Of a DNA stretch of 50,015 nt, positions 31,047 through 40,184 are shown piece after piece. A model generated the notes under the pieces. The model was not told the DNA's origin. It worked only from the letters and a program-made list of their open reading frames with translations, and did no database searches. Numbering within the stretch: the stretch's first letter is position 1; each line of letters starts with the position of its first letter. The DNA is from Chthoniobacterales bacterium (lineage in GTDB: Bacteria > Verrucomicrobiota > Verrucomicrobiia > Chthoniobacterales > Chthoniobacteraceae), in contig JBBQZX010000035.1 in assembly GCA_038207335.1 (NCBI GenBank), forward strand, positions 1-50,015, given 5' to 3'. A program made the position numbers and the translations under genes.

Positions 31047-31854
31047 CTACATCGCACGGCCGGAGTGCGATTCAACCTGCATCGCGAAACGTCCGTCCGA
31101 CTCCATGAGCGAAACTTTCGCCCCGAAAAAAGCGGGACAGCAGCTCGCTTGTGATCGTTTCGCGCTTCTCCCCGGCGGCGAGCACGCGGCCATGTCGGAG
31201 CAACAGCGCATGTGTGAAAGCCGGCATAATTTCCTCGACGTGATGAGTCACCAGAATCAGCGCGGGTGCGCCGCGGCGCGTGCCGAGGCGCTGAAGGAAT
31301 GCGAGAAAATGCTCGCGGGCGACAGGGTCAAGACCGGCGCACGGTTCGTCGAGGATGAGCAGGCGCGGCTTCGCCATCAACGCACGGCCGATGAGGATTC
31401 GCTGACGCTCGCCCTGGCTCAAGACCAGCCACGGACGCTCCGCGAGATGCGCGGCTTCGATCTGGAGCAGGATGCGCCCGGCGGCGGCCCGATCATCGGC
31501 CCGCACGCGGCCCCAGAAATCGATCATCGCATATTTGCCACTGATCACGGTCAGCAAGGCGGGTTCCGCGTCAGCCATCATTTGACGCACGCTGGAGCTG
31601 ACGATTCCGATTTTCGTCCGCAGTTCGCGCCAATCGCTCGCACCAAATTGCTCGCCGAGCAAAGCGATTTCGCCGTGGGTCGGGCTCAGGTATCCTGTGA
31701 GCGCGGAGAGCAGCGAGGTCTTGCCTGAGCCGTTCGAGCCGAGGATCACCCAGTGTTCCCCGCGCCGGAGGGTCCATGAAACGTCGTTGAGGATGCGCGT
31801 CTCGCCGCGCTGGATCGCGAGGCATGAAACTTCGAGAATTGGTTCGATTTTCAA
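31047..31854 (-). CDS. ABC transporter ATP-binding protein (ModF/iron-chelate-like) with an apparent +1 frameshift near the 3' end
   Basis: GSNGSGKT (Walker A), LSQGE signature, LILDEP, VTHH. As written it stops at 31072; removing one base from A6 (31126-31131) gives FGAKVSLMESDGRFAMQVESHSGRAM* ending at 31047. Confidence 0.85.
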
Positions 31855-31951
31855 CGTTCCCAGCCTGAGCGGAGCCGACCGCGCGGGCGAGCACGGGAGG
31901 GGATTTTTTCTCAAATTCGGTGGTTAGCATACGGCGTGCTACTGGGTAAGG

Positions 31952-33592
31952 ATGCGGTTCCCCCGCTTGCTGCAAATCACCGCCAATCGAAAAACGCTCA
32001 TCCCAGTCGGGATCTTCGGTTTCTGCTCAGGTGGCGCGCTTTTCCTCGCACAGCAAAATACCACCGGTCTGTCCCGCTTCGCTCTGATAGCCTTTCTCAT
32101 CGCCGCGCCAGTCAGTGCGATCCTGATCCTCGCGCAGGCGCTGCGCACCGTGAGGGCGGAATTGTGCGCCTTTATCGAGGCCGCACAGGCGGTGACGCAT
32201 GGCCGCGCCCGTCCGCGCATCTCACTGGAGACATCCGATGATTTCCGGCCGTTGGCGAAAGCGTTTAATCAAATGATCGAGTCGCGGCTCGATGTCGATG
32301 ACCGGCTGAAGCTTGCCCACGAGAGCCTGGAGTTGAAGGTGCAGGCTCGCACCGTAGAGCTTTTCCGGGCCAACAAAGCGCTGCGCGAGGAAAGCGAGCA
32401 GCGTGCTCAGGCGGAGCGCGAATTTCAGCAGGCGCAAAAGATGGACGCGCTTGGAAAGCTCGCGGGCTCGATTGCGCATGATTTTAACAACCTCCTGACC
32501 GTGATCATCGGCAGCGCAGAGCTCGCGCGGAAGCAGCTCGGAGATGAGCACACCACTTCGTCGCTGCTTCGCACCGTCGAAAAGGCGGCGGAGCGCGCGG
32601 CGGGGCTCACGCGACCGCTGCTGACGTTCAGCCGCAATCAATTCGTCGCACTCGAGGCGCTCTCGATGAACGACGCGGCGGAAGAAGCGTGCCGCATGTT
32701 GCAGCGGCTCCTCGGGGTGAATGTCGCGCTCGAGTTGAAACTCGAAGAGGACCTGCGGCTCGTGAAGGTGAATGGCAACCAGGTGCAGCAAATCCTCATC
32801 AACCTCGCGGTGAACGGTCGCGATGCGATGGAGGGCTCTGGGACGCTGACGATCGGGACGCGCAACACGCAAGTGAGCCTTGAGACTGCCTTAAGGCAAG
32901 GCGTCGAACCGGAAGAGCACTGGATCGAACTCGCGGTGAGCGACACCGGATGCGGCATGGATGCCGAGACGAAGGCGCGAATCTTCGAGCCATTCTTCAC
33001 GACAAAGCCGGTCGGCCGCGGCACCGGTCTCGGGCTGGCGACGGTCTTCGGAATCGTGAAGCAATTCGGCGGATTTCTGGATGTCGATAGCGCAGTCGGA
33101 GTAGGCACGACTTTTCGCGTACTGCTGCCGGCGCCGACACTCGAAGCCGTCGAGGAGGAAGTCGAAGCAGCCGGGGCCGCGGTCAACGAAACCGCGGGCA
33201 ATGAGCTGCTCCTGCTGGTCGATGATGAAGAGGATATCCGAGAACTCTCGACGCTCACACTGGAGTCCGCCGGTTTCCGTGTGGTCTCCGCCGGAAATGC
33301 CGAAGGAGCAATCGCGCTCGCGACGGAGCACGCGGACGAACTCAGCGCGCTCATCACGGACGTCATGATGCCCGGAATGAGCGGCGTGGAACTCGTCGGG
33401 ATGGTGTCGCAAATCGTTCCGGCGCTCCGCGTGCTCTTCGTCTCAGGCCACAGCAACGAGACACTCTCGACCGAGGCACTCGACGCGATGAATGCGGACT
33501 ACCTGCAAAAGCCGTATCTCAGCGGCGTACTGATTTCCAAAGTGCGAGAAGTACTCTCCACGCCGGATCGCAAAAAGGGCGTGGTGGTGTAG
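31952..33592 (+). CDS. Hybrid sensor histidine kinase (2 TM, HAMP, HisKA, HATPase, REC)
   Basis: LAGSIAHDFNNLL (H-box), QILINLAVNGRDAM, DTGCGM, FEPFFTTK, GTGLGL. Receiver motifs LVDDE, TDVMMP, QKP. Confidence 0.93.
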   Translation: MRFPRLLQITANRKTLIPVGIFGFCSGGALFLAQQNTTGLSRFALIAFLIAAPVSAILILAQALRTVRAELCAFIEAAQAVTHGRARPRISLETSDDFRPLAKAFNQMIESRLDVDDRLKLAHESLELKVQARTVELFRANKALREESEQRAQAEREFQQAQKMDALGKLAGSIAHDFNNLLTVIIGSAELARKQLGDEHTTSSLLRTVEKAAERAAGLTRPLLTFSRNQFVALEALSMNDAAEEACRMLQRLLGVNVALELKLEEDLRLVKVNGNQVQQILINLAVNGRDAMEGSGTLTIGTRNTQVSLETALRQGVEPEEHWIELAVSDTGCGMDAETKARIFEPFFTTKPVGRGTGLGLATVFGIVKQFGGFLDVDSAVGVGTTFRVLLPAPTLEAVEEEVEAAGAAVNETAGNELLLLVDDEEDIRELSTLTLESAGFRVVSAGNAEGAIALATEHADELSALITDVMMPGMSGVELVGMVSQIVPALRVLFVSGHSNETLSTEALDAMNADYLQKPYLSGVLISKVREVLSTPDRKKGVVV

Positions 33593-33636
33593 CTCTGCTC
33601 TACCAGCAGGAGCGCGGGTTTCGAACGCGGCCGCCT

Positions 33637-35082
33637 CTACTTTTTCTCGAGTTTCAGTTCGTCGAAAATCGGCTCGAGAGCAGCGGTCCACTTTGTGTAT
33701 CCGGCGGCGTTTGGATGCAGCATGTCGGGAAATTCATCCTTTTTGCACGAGCCGGTGCCGTCGTCGAAAAGTGCGAAGGTATCGCAGAAACGGACCATTG
33801 CATCACCTCGCAGGCGGGCGTCTAGGAGTTGATTCAGCTCGCGGATTTCCTCGGGAAATTTGCCAGCCTGCGGGCCGCGCGGCATCACTTTGTCAATGAT
33901 GACGGGCACCGCCGCGTCCGCCGCGTGAATCTGCGTGACGATCTGCTGGATGTTCTCCGCAACAAGACCGGGTTCGGCGCCGAGCGAGAGGTCATTGGTG
34001 CCAATGAGGAGGTTCACGGCCTTTGGATGGATATCCAGAACGTCGCCTTTGATCCGACCGAGCAGACCGCGCGTGGTGTCTCCGCTGATACCGCGGTTGG
34101 CCACTTTGAGATTCGGAAAATCATGCGCGAGCGAACCCCAGCCTTGCGTGATCGAGTCGCCGAAAAAGACAACCGCTCCCTGATCTTCCAGCGCGCTTTT
34201 CGCCCACTCCGTGCGCCGCTGGAGCCACAGTCCGCGGAACCAAACGCCCGGCTGGATCGGCCCGTCGGATGGAAAGAGATTCGACGGCGGCTGCGCGAGA
34301 AGAGGCGCGATTTTCGAGAATGCGACGATGCCGAGGCCGTGTTTCTGAGCAAACATCCACGGCAGCAGCTCAGGTTCCTGATACGCGTTCGTCCACGAGT
34401 CGTGAGTGAAAGTCGGATACTCGCTGTAGAGTGGCGAACCGCCTGCAGCCTTGATCGCGGCGATCATGCCGCGCGTCTGTGCGACCGGCACGGTCGGATC
34501 GGAGCCGCCGTGAAAGGCCCAGATCGCGACGCTTTTCGCGAGAGGCGCTTTGGTGGCGTCGCCGCCGCCGCAGATGGGTGCGGCGGCCGCCCAGCGGTCG
34601 GGATTTCGCGTGATCAAATCCCACGAGCCGAAGCCGCCCATCGACAGCCCGGTGACGTATTGGCGGTCGAGGTCGATGCTGAATTCCTTTTCCAAACCGT
34701 CGAGCGCGGCGACCACGAGTTTCATCGGCGCGCTCATCTCCGCAGCCTGCGTGGCGGTCGAGCCGCTCCAGTCGATATCGGCCCACTTTTGGCCTGTCGG
34801 GCACTGCGGCGCGACGACGAAGCACGCGAATTTCTCGCGCACTTCAGGTTTCAGAAAGAGCGGCGCGCCGTGTCGGAGCTGCGACTGGTTGTCCGAGCCG
34901 CGCTCCCCTGCTCCGTGGAGGAAAAGGACGACCGGATATTTTTTCGCGGCATCGTAATTCTGCGGCTTGAGGAGGCGATACGGGATCGAGGAGCCGTCCG
35001 GCGCGGTGTAGGTGCGCGGCTCGTAGTCGTCGGCGCGGAGGGTGGTGGCGAAGGCCATTGTGAGAGCGAGGAGGAGCTTCAT
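33637..35082 (-). CDS. Secreted alpha/beta-hydrolase esterase fused to an SGNH/GDSL hydrolase
   Basis: Start ATG 35082 with signal peptide. LFLHGAGERG, TGLSMGG, FHG..D..VP, HDSW, then FFGDSIT, NRGISGD, IGTND, DMLHP. Confidence 0.88.
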   Translation of the reverse strand: MKLLLALTMAFATTLRADDYEPRTYTAPDGSSIPYRLLKPQNYDAAKKYPVVLFLHGAGERGSDNQSQLRHGAPLFLKPEVREKFACFVVAPQCPTGQKWADIDWSGSTATQAAEMSAPMKLVVAALDGLEKEFSIDLDRQYVTGLSMGGFGSWDLITRNPDRWAAAAPICGGGDATKAPLAKSVAIWAFHGGSDPTVPVAQTRGMIAAIKAAGGSPLYSEYPTFTHDSWTNAYQEPELLPWMFAQKHGLGIVAFSKIAPLLAQPPSNLFPSDGPIQPGVWFRGLWLQRRTEWAKSALEDQGAVVFFGDSITQGWGSLAHDFPNLKVANRGISGDTTRGLLGRIKGDVLDIHPKAVNLLIGTNDLSLGAEPGLVAENIQQIVTQIHAADAAVPVIIDKVMPRGPQAGKFPEEIRELNQLLDARLRGDAMVRFCDTFALFDDGTGSCKKDEFPDMLHPNAAGYTKWTAALEPIFDELKLEKK

Positions 35083-35146
35083 GGGCCGAGGATGAATGGG
35101 GAGAAAGCGATTGCGAGTCGGGAAAGTTATGCCGGCGGCGGAAGCT

Positions 35147-36475
35147 CTAGGTTCGAAACAACCGCCAGCATTCCAAAAACCCAGGCGCAAAATCCTCCGG
35201 ACGCGCGGCGGTCCAGCGTGCAATTTGTTCGAGGGTGAAAAACGCGCCGCTTTCGATTTCTGAGGGCGGTAGCAGAAAGGGCCCGTTGTGATTCGCGCGG
35301 TAAAGCCGCACGAATTCCCAACCAGTGTTTTCGCACGCGGTGATCGCGCCGATTTCATCAACCGCGGTGGTTACGCCCAGTTCTTCCTCGAGTTCGCGCA
35401 CGGCTGTTTCTGCATAGTCGTTGCCGGCGTTGACGTGCCCGGCGGCGCTGGAATCCCAGCGGCCCGGGAACTTGTCTTTCCAGCGCGAACGCTTTTGCAA
35501 GAAGAGCTGGCCGTGCTCATCGAAGACGAAAATGTGCACTGCGCGGTGCCGCCATTTTTGCCGATGCACCTCGAAGCGCGACGCCTGCCGGACGACCGTA
35601 TCCTGCGCATCGACGACATCGAAAATCTCGCCGTGGACGTCCTGGGCGAGCGCCTCCGGGTCGCCAGTGGCGCGTGTGAGATTCGTGAGGTCGATCCATT
35701 GAGCGAGGCTGAGTTCCTCGGCGCGAACGGTCTCCGGCACGCCGAGTTCGGCGCAGGTTTTCGGCCAGTCGAGCGCGTGATCGACGAGCATTTTACGGAG
35801 CTGTTTTCGCCGCTGCGAGAAGCCCTGCTTCACCATTCGCGTGAAGAGAGCGCCGTCGCACTCCGGCAGTTCGCCGCGTTCGCGCGGCGTGAGTAGGACG
35901 ACGGCGGATTCCACTTTCGGCTCTGGAGTGAAAACGGTGGGCGGCAGCGTGCGCAGATACTTCACGCGCCAGCGGCGGCCGATGAGGAGCGTAAGACCGC
36001 CGTATTCTTTCGTGCGCGGCTCGGCGGAAAGGCGCTGCGCGAGTTCTTTTTGCAGCGTGAAGCTGAGCGCGCAAACGGGGCTCGGCTCGGCGGTGAATTG
36101 GAAAAGAATCTGACTCGAGATGTAATACGGCAGGTTGCCGAAGACCTTCACCGGGCCGCGCGAGAAGAGTGTGCGCACGTCGAATTCCGCGGCGTCGCCG
36201 TGAACGAGTTCGAGCTGCGGGTATTGCTCACGGAGGAATACGGCCAGTCGTCCGTCTTTCTCGACGAGGATGCCGTGCGGCGAGCGTTGGGCGGCGAATT
36301 CGGTGAGCGCGCCCAGTCCTGGGCCAAGTTCGACCCAAGTGTCGCTGGGTTTGATTTTGAGCTGCGCGACGATCCAATCCGCGAGATTCTGATCGTGCAA
36401 AAAATTCTGCCCTAGGCTTCGCGTCGGCTCGGTGCCGAGCGCGGCGAGCGTGCTGTGGATGGTGGAAAGTTTCAG
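35147..36475 (-). CDS. rsmA: 16S rRNA dimethyltransferase RsmA/KsgA fused to a C-terminal Nudix (IDI/YfcD-like) domain
   Basis: LGQNFL, ELGPGLGALT, GNLPYYISS, F.P.PKVESAV, GFSQRRKQLR. Nudix part HRAVHIF, QKRS..KD..PG.WD, GHV.AG......AVRELEEELG. Start inferred at CTG 36475. Confidence 0.9.
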   Translation of the reverse strand: MKLSTIHSTLAALGTEPTRSLGQNFLHDQNLADWIVAQLKIKPSDTWVELGPGLGALTEFAAQRSPHGILVEKDGRLAVFLREQYPQLELVHGDAAEFDVRTLFSRGPVKVFGNLPYYISSQILFQFTAEPSPVCALSFTLQKELAQRLSAEPRTKEYGGLTLLIGRRWRVKYLRTLPPTVFTPEPKVESAVVLLTPRERGELPECDGALFTRMVKQGFSQRRKQLRKMLVDHALDWPKTCAELGVPETVRAEELSLAQWIDLTNLTRATGDPEALAQDVHGEIFDVVDAQDTVVRQASRFEVHRQKWRHRAVHIFVFDEHGQLFLQKRSRWKDKFPGRWDSSAAGHVNAGNDYAETAVRELEEELGVTTAVDEIGAITACENTGWEFVRLYRANHNGPFLLPPSEIESGAFFTLEQIARWTAARPEDFAPGFLECWRLFRT

Positions 36476-37026
36476 CGCTGCGTTTCCTTTTGCAGGCGCT
36501 TCAGTTTCCCGGCGAGCGCGACTTTTGTCGCGGCATTCATGCGGTCGATGAAAAGCACGCCGTGCAGGTGATCGACCTCATGCTGCAGCGCGCGGGCGAG
36601 CAACCCTGTGGCTTCAAATTCGATCTCGCTGCCGTCGAGCTGCTTCGCTTTTGCGCGCACCGTGACGGAGCGGACAATCTCGGCGGTCATCTCCGGAAAG
36701 CTGAGGCAGCCTTCATTTCCGCTCTCTTTTTCTTTCGCGAGTTCAAGCTGCGGATTGAGTAAAATGAGCGGCATCAACTTCTCGAAATCGACGGGCTTCC
36801 CGTCGATCGACATCGTGCTCGGGCGATCTTCGACTCCAGCGACATCGATCACTGCGAGTTGGATCGGCACGCCGATTTGCTGCGCCGCGAGGCCGACACC
36901 ATTCGCTTCTTCCATCGTCTCGAGCATGTCCACGGCGAGCATTTTGATCCGGTCGTCGATCCTGTCGATCACTGCTCCTTTTGCCCGCAGCACCGGGTCG
37001 CCGAATTTCACGATTTCCAGGATCAT
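36472..37026 (-). CDS. def: Peptide deformylase
   Basis: GVGLAAQQIG, EGCLS, QHEVDHLHG. Confidence 0.97.
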   Translation of the reverse strand: MILEIVKFGDPVLRAKGAVIDRIDDRIKMLAVDMLETMEEANGVGLAAQQIGVPIQLAVIDVAGVEDRPSTMSIDGKPVDFEKLMPLILLNPQLELAKEKESGNEGCLSFPEMTAEIVRSVTVRAKAKQLDGSEIEFEATGLLARALQHEVDHLHGVLFIDRMNAATKVALAGKLKRLQKETQR

Positions 37027-37454
37027 TTTTGCGTTTTGGTAAAGGCGGAAAGACTTCCCTGCACGCCGCCCGCATGCAAGGCGTCGAGCAGCTTGATGAC
37101 AAAGCCGAACGAGATCGTTTCGTCGGCTTTCATCGCGAACGACGGTCGGGGCGTGGCGCTGGTGAGCGCCTTGAGCTGAGCGGTCAACTCGTCGAGAGAC
37201 ACCTCCTTTTCATCGAGAAATACCGACTCCCCATTGTCGGTTTTCGCGACCGAAATCACCGTCATTTTTGTCGGCTTGTCGGCGGCGACGGCGGTCTTCG
37301 ACTCTGGCAGTTTGATCGTGACCGCGGGCTGCTCCGGCGTCGGGACTTTGAAAGTCGTCGTGACGATCACGAAGATCAGCAGGATCGCGAAAATATCGAT
37401 CAGCGAGACGATGATGACCTGCGGCATGCGCCGCTTGCGCGGGCAGAAGTTCAC
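37023..37454 (-). CDS. exbD: Biopolymer transport protein ExbD/TolR
   Basis: GTG start overlapping the exbB stop. IVSLIDIFAILLIFVIVTTTF (TM Asp), IKLPES, KAD. Confidence 0.88.
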   Translation of the reverse strand: MNFCPRKRRMPQVIIVSLIDIFAILLIFVIVTTTFKVPTPEQPAVTIKLPESKTAVAADKPTKMTVISVAKTDNGESVFLDEKEVSLDELTAQLKALTSATPRPSFAMKADETISFGFVIKLLDALHAGGVQGSLSAFTKTQK

Positions 37455-38197
37455 TCGTTTTCCTCCGGCGAATCGTAGGCCGACGAGCGCGGCGCGTAGC
37501 TGGATTCCGCGGCTGGCGGAGGCGTCATGCGCGCACTGAGGCGGCGGTGTTTTTGGAAGTAACACTTCGCTAAAAGATCGGCGATGAGCGACTCCATCTC
37601 GGCCGCCATCGTCTCGATTTTTTTGGAAAAATAGCTGTGTGCGATCAGGCTCGGGATCGCGATGGCGAGGCCGACGATCGTGGTGCTGAGCGCCTCCGAA
37701 ATGCCGGTCGCGAGGCCGCGCGGATCTTTCACTGTCTCGCTCGCGCCGAGATTTGCGAAGACCGTGACAAGCCCGGAAACCGCGCCGAGCAGGCCAAGCA
37801 GCGGCGCGATGCCGACGATAACTTCGAGGACGAAGAGCCCGCTCTCGAGCCGCACGACTTCATGCCGGGCGCGAGTCTGCACGGCTTCCATGTTTTCCGA
37901 CTTCGGCCAGTTGAGGTGCTTTAGTCCGACTTGCGTGATACGTCCGAGCGCGGAGGTATCGCCGTGGACACGGCGCGTGAGGTTTGTAACGCCGTCGGCG
38001 TCATCGGGTTGCAGCCCTTCGATCTCAGCCTCGAAAACGGGAGGCATGACTAGGTCGCGGCGTAGCGCGAGACCGCGCAGGAGGATGATTGCGAGCGAAA
38101 CGACCGAGCAGATTAGCAGCAGGATCATGAAGAATCCGCCCTGCGCGAAAAAGTGATAGATTGAGGAAAATGAGGCGGCGAAAAATGGCGTGGGCAT
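37451..38197 (-). CDS. exbB: MotA/TolQ/ExbB proton channel protein
   Basis: GGFFM, IAPLLGLLGAVSG, GISEALSTT.VGL.IAIP. Confidence 0.9.
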   Translation of the reverse strand: MPTPFFAASFSSIYHFFAQGGFFMILLLICSVVSLAIILLRGLALRRDLVMPPVFEAEIEGLQPDDADGVTNLTRRVHGDTSALGRITQVGLKHLNWPKSENMEAVQTRARHEVVRLESGLFVLEVIVGIAPLLGLLGAVSGLVTVFANLGASETVKDPRGLATGISEALSTTIVGLAIAIPSLIAHSYFSKKIETMAAEMESLIADLLAKCYFQKHRRLSARMTPPPAAESSYAPRSSAYDSPEENE

Positions 38198-39427
38198 TTA
38201 GAAAAGAGTGAAAGTAAAAACGAGTTCGAGGCGACCGTCGTTCATCATTTCGAGGTCGTCGGGCGGCGGCGCGATTTCGGCGTCGCGGATGGACTGCTCG
38301 CAGACGCTGGCGAAAGTCGCGTTCGAGTTATTCTGAAGCACACGGACATCTTCAACGCGGCCCTTTTGCGAGATAAAAAAGCGGACCGTGACGGTGCCGA
38401 AATCGAGCAAGCCCATGCGCTGCTTCGTGTAATATTGCCAGCGCGAGTGAATCTGCGCGCTGACGGCAGCGCGATAGACTCCGAGCGTGGTTTTCTCAGC
38501 GTTGACTCCCGGTTTGCCGCGATTCGAAATGCTGCCTTCGATCCGTGTCTGATGCATCTCGGGCTGATATCCGGGGTCGCGAACGGGCTGCGGACGGGTC
38601 GGCGGCGTGAGCATCGCGAGTTCCCGCGCGGGCGTAGCGGCGGGCGGTTTGGGACGATTCGGAATGGGCTTAGGCGGGTCGAGCGGCGTGACTTTGGTCG
38701 TAACAGCGGGCGGCTCAGCGGGCTTTTGGAAGATCGGAATCTCGTCTTCGCGCGTGGCTGCCATTTTCTTTTCGTCGGGAGGCGGCACAGGCTCCACTGG
38801 CTGTGGCACAGTATCCGCGGGAGACGGGGGCGGAGGGGGCGAATCGTCGGCTTGGATTTTCGCGAGCGCTTCGAGGTATTGTTTCGAAAGCGGTTTCGGT
38901 TTGTACATGGGCGGGAGCGGAGGCCCGGAATCGGGCGGCGCTTCCTCGGCGGGCTCGGCAGATTTGCCGAGTTTCGCCGCTTGGGTTTTGAATTCGGCTC
39001 CCGGTAAATCAAGACCGTCCTGAGTTGGAAGCGGCTCGCTCCCCTTCCCTTCCCGCTCGCTACCGGCGATCATGTCTTGGCTGGACTGGAATACTTTTTC
39101 AGTCGGCGCGACGTCGGATTTTTCAAGGCCATTTGCGTCGATCACCGGCGGCTCGGAAGCGGCCATGAGAGACGGGGGGATCGCGGCGGGCGGTGGTGGC
39201 GGCGGGACGAGTTCAACTGTGAGATCGGCGAGTTCTGGCGGACGCTCCGGCTCTTCGGGCGGCTCGGGGAAGAGCCACGAGAGCACGATCGCGACCGTGA
39301 AAATGAGGAGGTGGAGGAGCGCAGAGACGATGATTGCCCCGCGGATTTGCCGCCGCTGCGGGACACCGCTGAGGTCGGGCAGGCGCGCGAAAATCGGCGC
39401 GGTCCATCGCTGGATCGCTCCCCTCAT
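38198..39427 (-). CDS. tonB: TonB/TolA-family energy transducer
   Basis: TM motif SALLH, long Pro-rich linker, and C-terminal GTVTVRFFI...G.V.DVRV...S. Confidence 0.8.
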   Translation of the reverse strand: MRGAIQRWTAPIFARLPDLSGVPQRRQIRGAIIVSALLHLLIFTVAIVLSWLFPEPPEEPERPPELADLTVELVPPPPPPAAIPPSLMAASEPPVIDANGLEKSDVAPTEKVFQSSQDMIAGSEREGKGSEPLPTQDGLDLPGAEFKTQAAKLGKSAEPAEEAPPDSGPPLPPMYKPKPLSKQYLEALAKIQADDSPPPPPSPADTVPQPVEPVPPPDEKKMAATREDEIPIFQKPAEPPAVTTKVTPLDPPKPIPNRPKPPAATPARELAMLTPPTRPQPVRDPGYQPEMHQTRIEGSISNRGKPGVNAEKTTLGVYRAAVSAQIHSRWQYYTKQRMGLLDFGTVTVRFFISQKGRVEDVRVLQNNSNATFASVCEQSIRDAEIAPPPDDLEMMNDGRLELVFTFTLF

Positions 39428-40137
39428 TTCGGCAGTGGCCGGATCACGGCGTGTTCCATTTCTCCAACGACGTTAAACGCGGAAACACGGGCGCACCAAT
39501 CCACTTCTTCACCGCGACCCCTCGCACAAAGAACCCCGCCGTTTTTCGCGGAACGCAGGGCGGTGACCGGCTCTGGAAAGTGGCTGGTGATGGCGAGCGC
39601 CGCATGCGCGGAATCGGTGAGCGCGGCGTCCGGGAGAAGCGCGATGAGGAGGCCGGCCGCAGTCGCGTCTTCGAGCGCGAAAGTGTGAAACGTGCCGGCG
39701 CAGACGAGCAGCAGACGCTCAGGTTTTGAGCGGCGGATTTCGTCGGCCAGCGCTGAAAGATTCAGCATCGCGCCAACAAGGACACGCTCCGCGTTTTCGC
39801 AGGCTCGGAGTGCGATTGTGCCGTTCGTCGTGGTCGAGATGATCGTGCGGCCGACGACCGCCTCGCGGTATTCGAGTGGTGAGTTTCCGAGGTCGAAGCC
39901 GTCGATCAAATCGCCGTGACGCTCGCCGCCGAGGAGGGCTTCGGGCATCCGAGCTCGAAGCGCGAACGCCTCCTCGATGGTGCGCGCGGGATGAATCGCG
40001 GCGGCGCCGTGCGCGAGCGCAGTGATCATGGATGAGGTCGCGCGGAGGACATCGAAGATCACGCATGTCGTGCCGGAAAGATCGCGCTCAGGAAGAGTGG
40101 CGATTTCGGCGGGCGTGAGCGTGACGTCGAGAAGCAT
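39424..40137 (-). CDS. comB: 2-phosphosulfolactate phosphatase family protein
   Basis: VIFDVLRATS, LLGGER.G...GFDLGNSP.EY, TTTNGT, FALED. Start ATG 40137. Confidence 0.9.
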   Translation of the reverse strand: MLLDVTLTPAEIATLPERDLSGTTCVIFDVLRATSSMITALAHGAAAIHPARTIEEAFALRARMPEALLGGERHGDLIDGFDLGNSPLEYREAVVGRTIISTTTNGTIALRACENAERVLVGAMLNLSALADEIRRSKPERLLLVCAGTFHTFALEDATAAGLLIALLPDAALTDSAHAALAITSHFPEPVTALRSAKNGGVLCARGRGEEVDWCARVSAFNVVGEMEHAVIRPLPK

Positions 40138-40184
40138 TGGGAAAGTAAGAAGTAGGAAGGAAGATTTGAGAAGTATGAGCAACG

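Noticed and set aside
30967..31728. 253-aa + strand ORF
   Set aside because: Antisense shadow of the ABC ATPase.
40141..40176. Purine-rich AAGTAAG/AAGTAGG heptamer-like run between ogg and comB
   Set aside because: Only 2-3 degenerate units, too short to support a repeat call.
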